From: Eledone cirrhosa
Lineage: Eukaryota
DNA: 64,000 bases
Direction: 5' to 3'
NCBI GenBank assembly: GCA_964016885.1
Contig: OZ024743.1
Span: 351,230,001 to 351,294,000 of the forward strand
Under the pieces are notes generated by a model that worked only from the letters and a program-made list of their open reading frames with translations, made no database searches and was not told the DNA's origin. Position 1 is the stretch's first letter; every line of letters begins with the position of its first letter. The position numbers and the translations under genes are program-made. Below, one piece after another: positions 63,838 to 64,000 of the stretch.

Positions 63838-64000
63838 ATTTCTTTTATTTGCCACTAGGGCATCAAAAGTGGGACAAGTACAAAGGGGGGAGTTTACACA
63901 AAAAGGCGTCCTCAATAAGGAGGAGGCAATAACAAAATATAAAAATAAAATAAGATATAACAAAAAATAAAATTTTTAACAAAATCCTCAATAGAGAGGA
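63838..64000 (-). mobile_element. 3' UTR of a further Tx1-clade LINE (element F), runs off the window
   Basis: TTTCTTTTATTTGCCACTAGGGCATCAAAAGTGGGACAAGTACAAAGGGG, homologous to the 3' ends of B, C and E. Confidence 0.85.

Overview
Eukaryotic, AT-rich DNA saturated with microsatellites; I found no supportable host protein-coding gene. The SINE and LINE families and microsatellite load resemble an Octopus/coleoid cephalopod genome (inference). Nearly all real coding sequence belongs to retroelements: five Tx1/L1-clade LINE copies plus one relic, R4/Dong-clade LINEs, RTE relics with a non-autonomous partner, and Penelope-like (GIY-YIG) elements. There are also many tRNA-derived SINEs. Main finding: by eye I located about 16 type I hammerhead-ribozyme (HHR) motifs from about 10 different sequence contexts. 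Most lie in short, ORF-less fold-back or circularly permuted elements in (TA)n tracts (retrozyme-like Penelope parasites), and three loci carry a compensatory U3-A8 core variant. Second finding: retroelement families partition different microsatellites, including a head-to-tail array of Tx1 LINEs separated by (GATA)n. All structures were folded by hand and none were computed.
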